64,000 nt of DNA from Balanoglossus misakiensis. Lineage: Eukaryota; Animalia; Hemichordata. The position numbers and the translations under genes were made by a program. The notes beneath the pieces were generated by a model that did no database searches, was not told the origin of the DNA, and saw only the letters and a program-made list of their open reading frames with translations. The stretch lies in the NCBI GenBank assembly GCA_040954595.2, contig CM082581.2, positions 6,688,699 through 6,752,698 of the forward strand, read 5' to 3'. Within the stretch, counting starts at the first letter, position 1, and each line of letters begins with the position of its first letter. Below are positions 1-11,400 of the stretch, one piece after another.

Positions 1-249
1 AACAATTGTCCCTGCATTTGAACTGACAACAGTCAGGATCCTTTTAATAGTAGAGGTTATTGTAACGTTGGCAGTGTTTCGTCAGCAGGGCTATAAACAC
101 AAGGTATTGTTACCAGGTGATAGGAATAATGATATGCTGTCACAGCTGGCCAAGTAATGAAAACGGATGCACTTTGAACATTGTGTACAAAAGAGTTCAC
201 TAGCCTGCAAAAAATAATTGTTTTTCTCCCTTGTGTTCTTGTGCTTCAG

Positions 250-1164
250 GTAACTACAAAACACAGTTATTTGACAAGAATTTGAACGATTACCTACCCG
301 CAAGTCCGGGAGTCGGCATGCACGTCGAAGTCAAGGATCCGGATGGTAAACTTGTTTTGTCCAAAGTGTACAGTTCTGAAGGACGGTTCACTTTCACGTC
401 GCACACCCCAGGAGAACACATTATCTGTCTGTATTCCAATTCAACGAAGTGGAAGATGTTTGCTGGTGGAAAACTGGTAAGTGGATTGGTGAGGGGGCAT
501 CTTCTGTCTTGCGATTTTACATGCAGCAATTTTGGTGGGTAATGTGCTAATTGAAGGTCCAGATATCACATGTAATTGTTCATAATAAAATTGATGTAAT
601 CCAGTTATCCTGTCAGTGTGCCTCACTTAACATATTGAAATCCCCAACATCTGCTCTTTCTTTTGTACAGAGAGTACACCTTGACATCCAGGTGGGTGAA
701 CATGCAAACGATTATCAGACAATAGCAGAGAAGGACAAACTTACAGAGCTGCAGCTGAGAGTGCGTCAACTTTTAGACCAAGTAGAACAGATTACAAAAG
801 AACAGAATTATCAGAGGGTGAGTGGTAAAGTCTTGGTTTCAGTTTAGTCTCCGTAAAATCTCCTGTAGAATTTTTTTTTGCCAACGTTAAGTCAAGTCCG
901 GAATAAGAGATCCATGTATTATGGAATAAGTATATTAATACACAAGAAACTCTGATACTGTTTCTCTCAATGTAAATAACAACTTCTGTTCTGTTTATTC
1001 CCTTTTTTTTCCAGTATCGTGAAGAACGGTTCCGTCAGACCAGCGAGAGTACCAACCAGCGAGTTCTGTGGTGGTCGATAGCACAAACTCTTATCCTGAT
1101 CATCACAGGGCTTTGGCAAATGAGGCATCTGAAGGGTTTCTTTGAGGCGAAGAAACTGGTGTGA
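250..1164 (+). CDS. TMED9: p24-alpha family cargo receptor (TMED9/TMED4-like), last three coding exons; first exon lies upstream of the window
   Basis: Exons 250-476, 671-817 and 1015-1164 with GT-AG boundaries in consistent phase. They encode a GOLD domain ([39 protein letters not shown]), a coiled coil ([29 protein letters not shown]), a TM segment ([21 protein letters not shown]) and a C-terminal FFEAKKLV* dilysine COPI motif. Cannot distinguish TMED9 from TMED4; likely a co-orthologue. Confidence 0.93.
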
Positions 1165-2425
1165 GCAATAACAACTGCCATGGTTTTCCTTTTTAAAATG
1201 CCCATCCCTCCCCGCGCCCCTGTGGAATGGAATAATCTGCAGTCTGAAATATTTAAAGGGGTTATTCCATTTTATGCAGGGAGGGGTTGGAGTGATGGGG
1301 AATATTCAAGGGTTGAAAAGTATGAAAGTTCTTGGTCGGTCTGAATTTCAATGCAAACTCAGGAAACATTGCCCTGTTCAAGTACGTTTGTCTTTGACAT
1401 GTCGTTAGTGGCGAGACCAAATGACCACAGGTACATTTCAGCCTCTTGAATAATCACAGGGGAAGGGAAAAGAGGGTTATCTTATGAGTTGTGCAACTTT
1501 TGAAGGCTGTATGTGTTTTTTGCACACAGAGCTCAAGATTGGGGTTCAGCTTTCAACTTTTCTAGATTTGTACATATGTCAGTGTACGTGATCTTTTATG
1601 ACTTTGGCCCGTTTTATTATCACACGTGCAAATACATCCCCAGTGCACAAATCTCCCCCCCCCCCCCAAATATGCTTTCCGGTACTTGCGCAATAGTTTT
1701 GTTACCTACAACAAATTCATGCTTGAATAATTCACAAGAGAGTGATCTGTGTTAAATGATAGTCTCAGTTAGATGTTGTTTTGTAAAATTCACTAGAGAT
1801 TTTGATAGATGATTTTATGTCAAGATTTATGCAATCAATTATTAACACGTTCTCATCCAAAAAGCCAAATTAATTTTACCTTGAATCAAGTGTAGTGAAC
1901 AAGCTGAAAATGGAAAATTTAGTTGCTGATATTTTTCTGGTAGATACAGTATTTCTCTTCTCACCCCCAGTCGAGTCTACAGATTAGTCGCTGATGATGT
2001 ATATTTGACTGTTGGATATATTTATTTGTCATGTTAGAGACTTCAGAGTAAAAGAGCACGTCTTTTCGGAAGATTTGTATTTTTGTTTTTGCCGAAATTT
2101 GATTGTGCCAATGGTCACTCTTCAGGTTGCCAGTGTGCCCCTAGAGGGCGCTGTAACTATAGACCCTTGCTTCAATTCTCCAACCTGTGCTTAGTATTAA
2201 ATCCTGTCTACCAAGAACTGTGTGCAATTATTTTTGTAATCAACAGTTCAGGGAGAGGCAGTGTTAGAGGCACACTGAACATCCTGATATTGGCACTATG
2301 GTACAATTAAAACTACTAGTTTCATTCTCAATCAACTTTTCTTTTTCCAGAATGCTAATGTCTGAACAAGAGTGATTCAGTCATGTGACTTTTTTATCTC
2401 ATTGATTCGTTTGAACACTTTGGCA

Positions 2426-2431
2426 AATAAA
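2426..2431 (+). terminator. candidate polyadenylation signal (AATAAA) of the TMED9-like gene
   Basis: AATAAA followed ~20 nt later by GT/T-rich sequence (gtaatgtttgtgtt), 1.26 kb after the stop codon. Confidence 0.45.
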
Positions 2432-3185
2432 CGTACAAAGTAATTGTAATGTTTGTGTTAGACTTTCTGATCTCTCCTGTTGTCCTTGGACCCTCCCTGC
2501 ATTTCACATCTCAGTTTCAACACATACAAACTGATTATAGTATCCCACTATCTTCAGTCTACTTGAATACTCTTGAAAAAAAAAGACAAAAATTGTATGA
2601 AGACTTTTATTTGATCAATGAAAGCAAAATCACAATTTTCTGTATAACTTCTAACTATATACAATTATGTACATTATATATATAAAACACAACCCTCACA
2701 AATATTTCAAGATTTATACAAAAAGGGTGTATTGCCTGATAAAAAAACTGCACATTTGAAATTGACCATAGCTAACAGAATTTAATTGCTGCAATAATGA
2801 AACAAAAGCAAAATCATGCAAAGGGACATTATCACCAGTCAGGAACTGATCTATTCTGAATGAAGTGTTAATATTGTGTCATTCTCCATTATACCAGAAA
2901 AATGCTCATTTTGAGAATTATTTGGCTGTATACCAAAAAGATGTTATTTCAAAGGTATGGGCAAACAGATCCACTTGGGAATCAAATACAATTCTGTATT
3001 TCACCCAGGTTATTGAAGGGAAAACTCAACAAAGTCTCCCAATAAAGGGTTCCTCTCAGCAACACGACTCACAAAAACAGTGGACGGTGGGGTAACAATA
3101 TCAAAACTTAAAAACAAATGATATGCTTTGGATAAAATATCCATTGCTAAAGACTTGGACAAATTCACATACTTCTGTCATCTGG

Positions 3186-4446
3186 TTTATTGGGTCCCAT
3201 TGGTATGTACCATGGGACCTTATGGGATCGGTTGCGTCTGTATGTATGTATGTATGGATGGATGTATGTCTGTATGTCCATCCACATCAAAAACTTGAAA
3301 ACCGCTGCGTGTATCACCTTGATATTTGGTGTGCTAATGCAGGCTGGGCTGTAGACGGGAGTTTGTTCAAATGAAGTTGTCATTGCCAAAAATATGCAAA
3401 TTAGCTGGAAAAATGTGAATTTGGTCAAGTAACTCAAGAACTACTGGTCAGATTGCTTTGCAAAGTGGTGTGTATTTACTTTATTGAGTTGTTTTAATTA
3501 GGCAGGAACTCCCCTCTGTGATTCATATAAACACAGCAAATTCCTGAATGATTACATAACTGGCTAAGTTTTAAAGAGGCCAGCTGTTCTATTTAGTGTA
3601 TGTACAGTACATATGCCATTGGCAGCTTATGGGTCAGTCAGTGTTTGCCCATTGAGCAAAGTTGAACTTCATTGGAGAAAAGAAGAACCACTCCCGTCGG
3701 TCTTAATTTGCATTTTAACACTTTATTTTGCATTTCAATACTTGATTTAAATATGAGAAAAGCCTATCAGTTTTGTCTCACTGTAGTAAATGTTTTGGAC
3801 CTAGAAATATAAATAGTTTGTGTCCATGAGTTCGTATTGGGGATGTGTTAGCACTCTGGGCACCGTACTCCTCACGGGATCTGTTAACGCAGGTCAGTGC
3901 AACACACCCCAAGCTTTTGTATTGCCTTCTTTTGCTGTGATTTGAGAGCTATACAGTGTTCACTTTGTAGACACAGGGATGTTTATGTTTATGTTTGTGA
4001 GAGGCTCGCGCGAGGCCGCCATTATATTGTTGTGTGCAAAAGAGGTCGCGGGAGTTTGGGGATGTGTTAGCACTCTGGGCACCGTACTCCTCACGGGATC
4101 TGTTAACGCAGGTCAGTGCAACACACCCCAAGCTTTTGTATCACCTTCTTTTGCTGTGATTTGAGAGCCATACAGTTCATCTTGGCATTCATCGTCCCAT
4201 CAGATCTGTGTTGACAGTCAGATATTAGATTGATTACATAACTGGCTAAGTTTTAAAGAGGCCAGCTGTTCTATTTAGTGTATGTACAGTACATATGCTA
4301 TTGGCAGCTTATGGGTCAGTCAGTGTTTGCCCATTGACCTCTCGCGATGTGTGTGTGTGTGTCTGTATATGGCCATGTACTCCGGAGTAGACTTTTTCTT
4401 GTGTAATAACTCAATGGGACCACCGTGTCCTTGACGCGATTTTTGT
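3186..4446 (+). mobile_element. non-autonomous Helentron-associated element (HINE / DINE-1-like)
   Basis: 5' subterminal repeat GGTCCCATTG (3193-3202) lies within a hairpin (ggtcccattggta-tg-taccatgggacc, 3193-3219), followed by a (GTAT)n/(GGAT)n microsatellite at ~3240-3280. The inverted copy CAATGGGACC is at 4412-4421, then a short stem-loop cgtgtc-ctt-gacgcg (4424-4438). Both ends sit in T-rich sequence. This matches the established HINE architecture. Confidence 0.7.
3549..4337. repeat. internal direct repeats in A-B-B-A order: A 3549-3655 and 4231-4337 (107 bp); B 3837-3957 and 4056-4176 (121 bp)
   Basis: Near-identical copies read directly: A begins tgattacataactggctaagtttt and B begins ttggggatgtgttagcactctggg. 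Confidence 0.92.
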
Positions 4447-5428
4447 TACTTTTGTATCATGCGAAGATATTCAATTGAAGTATTTTGTATGTTATGCTTC
4501 TGAGTAGGTTAGCAGCAGAGCTGTAATGAATGATGAGGCAAAACAACACTCTACAGAACTACTTAAAATCAGGCAAAATTTTTATAATCACCAAAAATGT
4601 TGGTGACATTGTTCTTTTACCAATAAAAGTTAATTGCTTGACAAGTTAATTCAGTTCAAACTGTGGGGGTCGGATACAAAAATTACCTTAAAAATCACAT
4701 TAACAATGTAAAAATTTCACTTCTTATGTGTATAAAATATTTCAAAATATACAAGAAAGACTAAAATATACATTGTTTTTGAAAGACAAGTGTGACAGTT
4801 TCAGTGAAACACCCTGTAAGTGAAAAGATTCGACAGTTTGAAAAGCAAAAGATCATATTTTATATGAAATTCATTAAATTTTGCAATGTGCAAGACCACT
4901 TCATGTAATAGCGGAATTGTTTTGCTATGCATTAAAAATGCTCTGCAGCCTATAACACAGTATGATCGTTGACAGCATGCAAAGTGTCACTAATTTTGTT
5001 GCCGTATTCTGGCTGGAATGTGAACATATTTTAAAAATTCTAAGAAAGCCTCTTAATTTTGGCACGCAATAGCAGCATTCCGTATCTTGGAATAAAAATC
5101 AACAATATTGCTTACATTTTTACACTGTAAACAAATTGCTCTACAAATGTAAGTCTACTAAGCTAAATACCAATATTGCAAACTACCGCCTGACTCAGCA
5201 CAAATATCAATCCAAATTACATTTTGCATTTCATTCTAATTTTAAATGTAAACCTGATATTTTTTGTAATAGTTATAAACCCAGATCATTTGAGACACCC
5301 TGATTTCAAATTTAAGTATCAAAAATAAGTTACTTTCCCCCATGTATAAGAACTGGACACGGGGCTGTTATGTCGAGAACTTTTCAACAGAGACAGCAGA
5401 GTTGGTGTCAATTCGTACAGAGTTGTCA

Positions 5429-8400
5429 CTAGTAAGTATAATCTGCACCCTGTGGAGTAACTTTCAGTGGCGCTCGTCGTCTGTCGCTCTGTTCAAAGTA
5501 GTCGTCAATCTCATCCTCGCTGTCCACGTACTTATACGACCTATGACCCCCGACTTCCTCTACGTCGGGGGTGGCGTTACGACCCACGGGTTCCGGTCGT
5601 TTCGAAGGGATGCTGGGTAATCTCGCGTGATGGATGTCTTCGTCCTCTTCGTCTCCGCTCTCTTTGAAGTGGGCCGTTTTAAGAGGAGCCAACTTTCCCT
5701 TCTTCAGCTTCTTGGCCTTCAACAATCTGTTGCGAAAATTAAAAGAAAAACGAAACATCAGGCAAACTATAGGAGCTACCATATAATCCTTCAATTAAGC
5801 TCCACCCATAATTACACACTCCAGACAGACCAGACTTTGTTCCATTTTCCCCTTTGATAAGCACCAGTAAAGATCACTCTGCACAAGAACAGATTTGTAA
5901 CCTGTCACATGAAAGTTTGATGACCCACGATTATAAGCACCACCTGTGAACGATCGATCAGCTAATACTGTTACCTAATTTTAGGCACCACCAAAACGTG
6001 CAAGTGTTGCTAAGTGGAGCTTTAATTAAAGGAAAAAAGTATTCAGTTGTCCTGACTTCAACTAAACTTGAGTGTGCACCTGGAATGAGTTAAGCTGGCA
6101 GCTTGTTTTATATTTTTTGTTAGATAAAAATGGATTGGGTGGAAAAAAACTTTCAAATGTTCTGTTTTTAATTAAGAAATTTCAGACATATTTCAAAATA
6201 GTGCCTCCAGTCCTGGTAACGAACAAAGACTGACTTACCCTTTCCTCTTCATCAGGGTCGGAGTATCCGGCGTATCCTGAATGAGAGTTTGCTTGACCCG
6301 TTCCTCCAATGGCACTAGGTCCTCCGCCCTGTAAAAGTCTTGACATTAGTCCTCTGTTGTGTCGAGGACCACAGATAAACAAGAGAGAGGAGGGGGGAAA
6401 AAAGAAAAAAAAAAATTGCTGCGTTTTAAGCGGGCAAGCTCATGCTGCAAGCTAGCTCTAAACTACAGGCAGGGGATTCGCAGTGCCATACAACATTTTA
6501 AAAAAAGCAATTGATGCAAATTTAGCATGACACTAGCTGAATGCTAGGTACTTGCTGCCATAGCTAATGAAAGGCTTATGAGAGATAGCGTGAACTCAAG
6601 AACAAAGTCTCAGAAACATGAAATTCCTATCTTTCAATTTTTTGCTCACTGTGCATTTTTGTACAATAGCATTATAATTTTAAGGGTGATACTTAAAAAG
6701 CTGGTCTCAAAGAGGGAGGTGGTGTCACAAATTGCAGAAAAGGTGCGTCACACGCCGGTAGAAAATGAAACACAATAAAGAAACAGAAAGCAAAAGTTTA
6801 AAACAGCACAAAACAGTGGATTGCAATAATCAGTAGTGCACAAAAAAGTGATAACAGTTATAGTCAGGGATGACAAAATACATTTACATGAATGGATAAA
6901 ACATGGTGGTAAAATCATGATCTGGCCAGTATAGACGTTCATATCTCATTCTAGATGTTAATTTTTTGTATTTTTGTGAGTTTTTGTATCATTATTCCTG
7001 ACATGTATTGTCATGAGTATTTTCTATAAAAATCATAGACAACGTGTTAGATAGTCAAGAATGAAGCCTTACCTTGTATGCAAATGAAACGATATCAAAA
7101 CACTCAGTGCGAGAGGGAAGTTTTACAGTAAAATTCACAGACAAGCTTGGAATGTGTATTGACAATTCGAACTGCAAACGACAAAGACAACAGACTGCAC
7201 GTCTGAAGACATTTCTGCCTCCAAAAATGAAGAGTGTCGATCATCTCACCCCTTCTTGAGTTTCTTCTGTTTCTGTGCCCTCGCGGTGTCGTCCTCATCG
7301 TCCGTGTCCGCGCCGTCCTTCTTGTACATCTTGTCGAGGAGAGCGCTGATCTGCTGGTCGGATTTGTTGGGGAACAGCAGCAAGAGAATGCTCTGAAGTT
7401 CATTTCTCTTGTAGTCGCCGTGTTTAATAAGACCAGCGAGGAACTCAATCTCCTGCGAAACGGGTTTCCCAAAAAAGAGTGGTTCAGAACAAGAGTAACA
7501 ACGCTCAATTTCTTGTTTTTTACACGGGCAACAGAAATGACTGAAACACACTTCTGAATCCTACCTGTTCCTGCATGAGTTGAATTCTCTTGACCTCATA
7601 CGACCTTCTGAGGTCTTCCAGAGCCTGTCCTATTTCAACTTCCATGTTTCTCCTGTACAAAAAAAAGTCATATCAAATTGGACTTCATAATCAAGGTATT
7701 TTCTTTTCAATTAAAATACATGTATTGAAAACTGAATCTAAATTTGCATGATTTTTCAGACAGTAGCTTTTCCGGTAACAGCTGTTTAACACCGTTTGGG
7801 CTCAACACAGGTCTAAATTTAGAAATTTTGACAACAGCTTCAATCCCCCCACCTAAAAAAAATAGAGGATTAAGACAAGATCGAAAATGTCCTACCTGAA
7901 TTCTTCCAGCTCCAACATCTGTTTGTGTTTCCTTGCGGCCAGTTTGATCTTAGCGGCAACTTTGTTAGTTTCCCTCTCGTACATCATCTTCATCTCCTCT
8001 TCCTGCATGTTGACAAAGGATTTTTCTCTCTGCGCCACTCGCTCTCGTAGTCTCTTCTTCAACTCTTTCTCCTGTTTCAGTCGTTGCGCCGATATCTTGC
8101 CTTCCAGTTTGTCGACTTCCTGCGTTCGACACAAAAAATTCACAATCTCATGAAAGAAACAATTTTTCATCACTTCATTTCATGATATCTCAACATAAGA
8201 CAAGGTATTTGAAACTACCAGCCACATGGATTAACAATATTCTTACCATACATTATGATCAATTCTATTTCACAGTTGAGACTTATTTATATTAACATGA
8301 TACAAAATAATATGATCTGCATGGTGTTGTCAAAAAAAATTAAATTCAAGCATGAATTTATGATCGATATAAAGAAGGAAAGAAATGATGTAAGGACTAC

Positions 8401-11400
8401 ACATGAAGCTCAAATTTGATTCGCTCATCAGAACATGACTGTAAAAGACGAATCTTTGAAGCAATTTCTGTGCAGTTTCAGTCACTTGTGGTCAGACATA
8501 GAACAGGTGAAGTGTTCAAAACCTCACGATCCCATTAAACAGGATGAAAGACAGGCATTCACAGACAGATGAAACTACCTTTTGATGGTCTTCAAGTATT
8601 TTCTTCCCTTCTGGGTTGCTAAGCAACCCCTTATCAGTCAACTCATCCATCATGTTCATCTTCAGATTATTCAGCGCTTTCTGCTGTTCCTCGATTGTTG
8701 CGAGCTGAAAAGGGAAAATTAAAATGAAATGATGTAATCAGATGGGTAGATGTATCCCAGAATGACAACATTAAGATTTTGTATGTGATTGATGTACACT
8801 GATGATGCAGATGTGCGTCTGTCGCCAAGACGACCACCTCCTTACCTCCCTGGCTTTCTCCATCTGTAACTTAGCGACCATGGCGCCCATCCTCTCTTCC
8901 TGGTCTTTCAAAGCCTTTGCTCTTTCTTCCATCATTTCGACGCGAACCTGGACGGTGGAAATGAGTACAACTCAGATGAGTGCTCTTCAGTGAGCAGTTG
9001 CCGTGGCAACCGACGAGAAAAAAACGAGCTGACATTTCGGTGAAAAGAACACACAGGCTTTCAGAAAAAAACCCCTGACATTTCACTGAGTTGCATCTTC
9101 CTGTGCAAATCAAACCACTGATAAGAAAATGCAGTGGCAGATTTGCTTCCATGAAATACTGCCTTTCTGAAGGTTGAACAGAACAGAAACAAAGTCCCAG
9201 TTTTACAGCATTTGAATAAAAAGCCAACACACCTGTTCTAATTCATCATCTGTTTTTGCTCTTTCGGTTGACAACAAGGTTATCCTTTCCTCCGCCTGCC
9301 TCTTCATCAAATCCAACTGCGCTTGGGCAAAGTCTTCCTCAGTATCTGAGTCGGCAACTTCTTGTCTTCGCTTTTGCCTCTGAACATTCAATAAGAAATT
9401 TTTCAAAAAAGGATATTTGAAAATCATTCCTAATTTTCTTTGATTAAATGATGAAAACTATATTTCTCATATTGGTGGCGCCTAAAAAGCTAAAAGTATG
9501 CATTTTTTCAGTATTTTGCTGTGCGTAGGTGTACAAGATGCAAAAGATACAAAGGCAAGCAATATAATCTCTTTCTGCAGAAGTGGCATTTTTTCCCATA
9601 GCGTTGATATATTAGTATGCCTTTTATACACAGAAAATAACATTACGCCAGAAAATTGTCTGCGGAATTTCAGTATCCCTTTGAAGGCAACATTTGCATT
9701 GAGCAGCCTGATTACATCTCTGTGAAGTTGATAAGCGCAAATAGAAATGGAAGAATTATCTAGAAGTTATTGAAAAGCTCTTGGATGCATCAGAATTTGA
9801 CAAAAAGTGGAAAAGAAGTGAAATTTTAATATGAAAAAGAGTATGGAATATAAAGTATTATAGAAATATTTATGTTTAAAAAGGTGAAATGTGGAAGCAC
9901 TTTTGTAACTTGATAGGCTCTTAATTGAAACGTAGCAATGTAAACATTGATGATATCAAATACATAGCCCATCGTGTCTATAATTAAAAGAATCTGCCGG
10001 CACAATCCTTGGTCCCTATTTTCCTCCTCACAGTGGCATGACCCACACAGGGAAGAGTCAAATGTGGACCATACCACTAGAAATGGGGAACATAGGAGCC
10101 AAGGAGAGGGGTGGATGTTCTCACAGGTGCCAGTGATAAAAGATTGAAAAACAAAATACCAAGTGTACCACTCCTCGGTGATGCAGAGAAGTATAGCGAG
10201 ATGGAAGAAAGAAAAAACATCAAGAAAACCAGTGTAGACCTATTACAGGAGATGAAGACGACAAACCAGTGCGGAGGTTCTCAACTTAATAGGTCTACCT
10301 GAGACTCCTGATTGTGTTTCTTTTGCAGTTTTTCCATTTGCCGGGCTTTCTTGGCGGCCATTTTCTCCTCCAGTTTGCGCTTCTGCCTGAGTTTGTTCAA
10401 CGTCAAACTGTTCTCCAGTTTGACCAGCTGTTTCTCGTGCTCCTGAAGGATTCTGTCCCTGTCGGCGTCAGACATCACTGTCTGTGTGGCGATCAGACGA
10501 CTGTAGAGTGCAAAGCAGTTTCCAACAGAAATGTAACGTTAGCATGGCAACAGAATTTTGATAGAAACCACATAATTATGATTTTATGTCAACATATTCC
10601 TTTATACCTGCTTGTCTTCATAAGTGTACATACTTGTAAGTCGTATGGACAGAAAAAAAAAATTGAACTCTGGTGACTGAATTATAGACATTGTAAAGTT
10701 TCAGTGTTGTTACCTGATCATCTGATCTTCATGTTCCCTGATTTTATGTTGTTCTTCTTTCTCTTCCTCTTTCCTCCGGGCCCATTCTTTTCTGTTCCTC
10801 GCAAGACGTTTCTGTGAAAACAATTAAGGCAATTGGTGCATTCTTATAAGGGCAACTACCCCTGGTATTAACCACAGGAACCTTAGACGGAGTTTAAGCT
10901 TTTACACCCTGACCCTGTGGTAACCTATGACATTGGTCTGAAGTTTCTTCCCAGTCAGCTCAAAGGGGTAACAGACTTCATAAAAGTCACTTTGATACGC
11001 TATGACAAAAATCAAGCAGCATTTGATTATTATTAAGCTCTGCTCTATTATGTACATTGCAACAATGCATACCAATAAGATGGAAATCCTTGCATTTGGT
11101 TGTCAGAAGTGTTCTCACCTTCAGAATTTTTTCATGTTTCGCTTTCTCTTCTTCTCTGACTTCAAGCAGCTTCTCAAGATCTCTCTCGTGTTGCGCCATG
11201 ATTTCATTCTTCATGTCTTCATCAAGACCTACAATTTATTCAGGACAAATATGAAAGTATGAAAATGTTAAATCTATAGTTGAAAAACTGTGGGTTTTTT
11301 TTATATAACATGAACAAATAGAACATCATCGACTTCAAATCTGCCATGCCATTAAAAAAAATTTATATGCTGAATGGAAGCAAAAAAGTGATATTCAAGA

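Noticed and set aside
3837-3912. Hammerhead or HDV-like ribozyme, or tRNA
   Set aside because: No catalytic core consensus and no T-psi-C or D-loop signatures on either strand.
3549-4337. Direct repeats as a CRISPR array or LTR element
   Set aside because: Units exceed 100 bp, there are only two copies each, no regular spacers, no cas genes, no TG..CA/PBS/PPT, and the context is eukaryotic. Better explained as internal duplications of a HINE.
10111-10302. Purine-rich + strand ORF inside an EVC2 intron
   Set aside because: The flanking EVC2 exons join in phase without it; short, with no recognisable motif.
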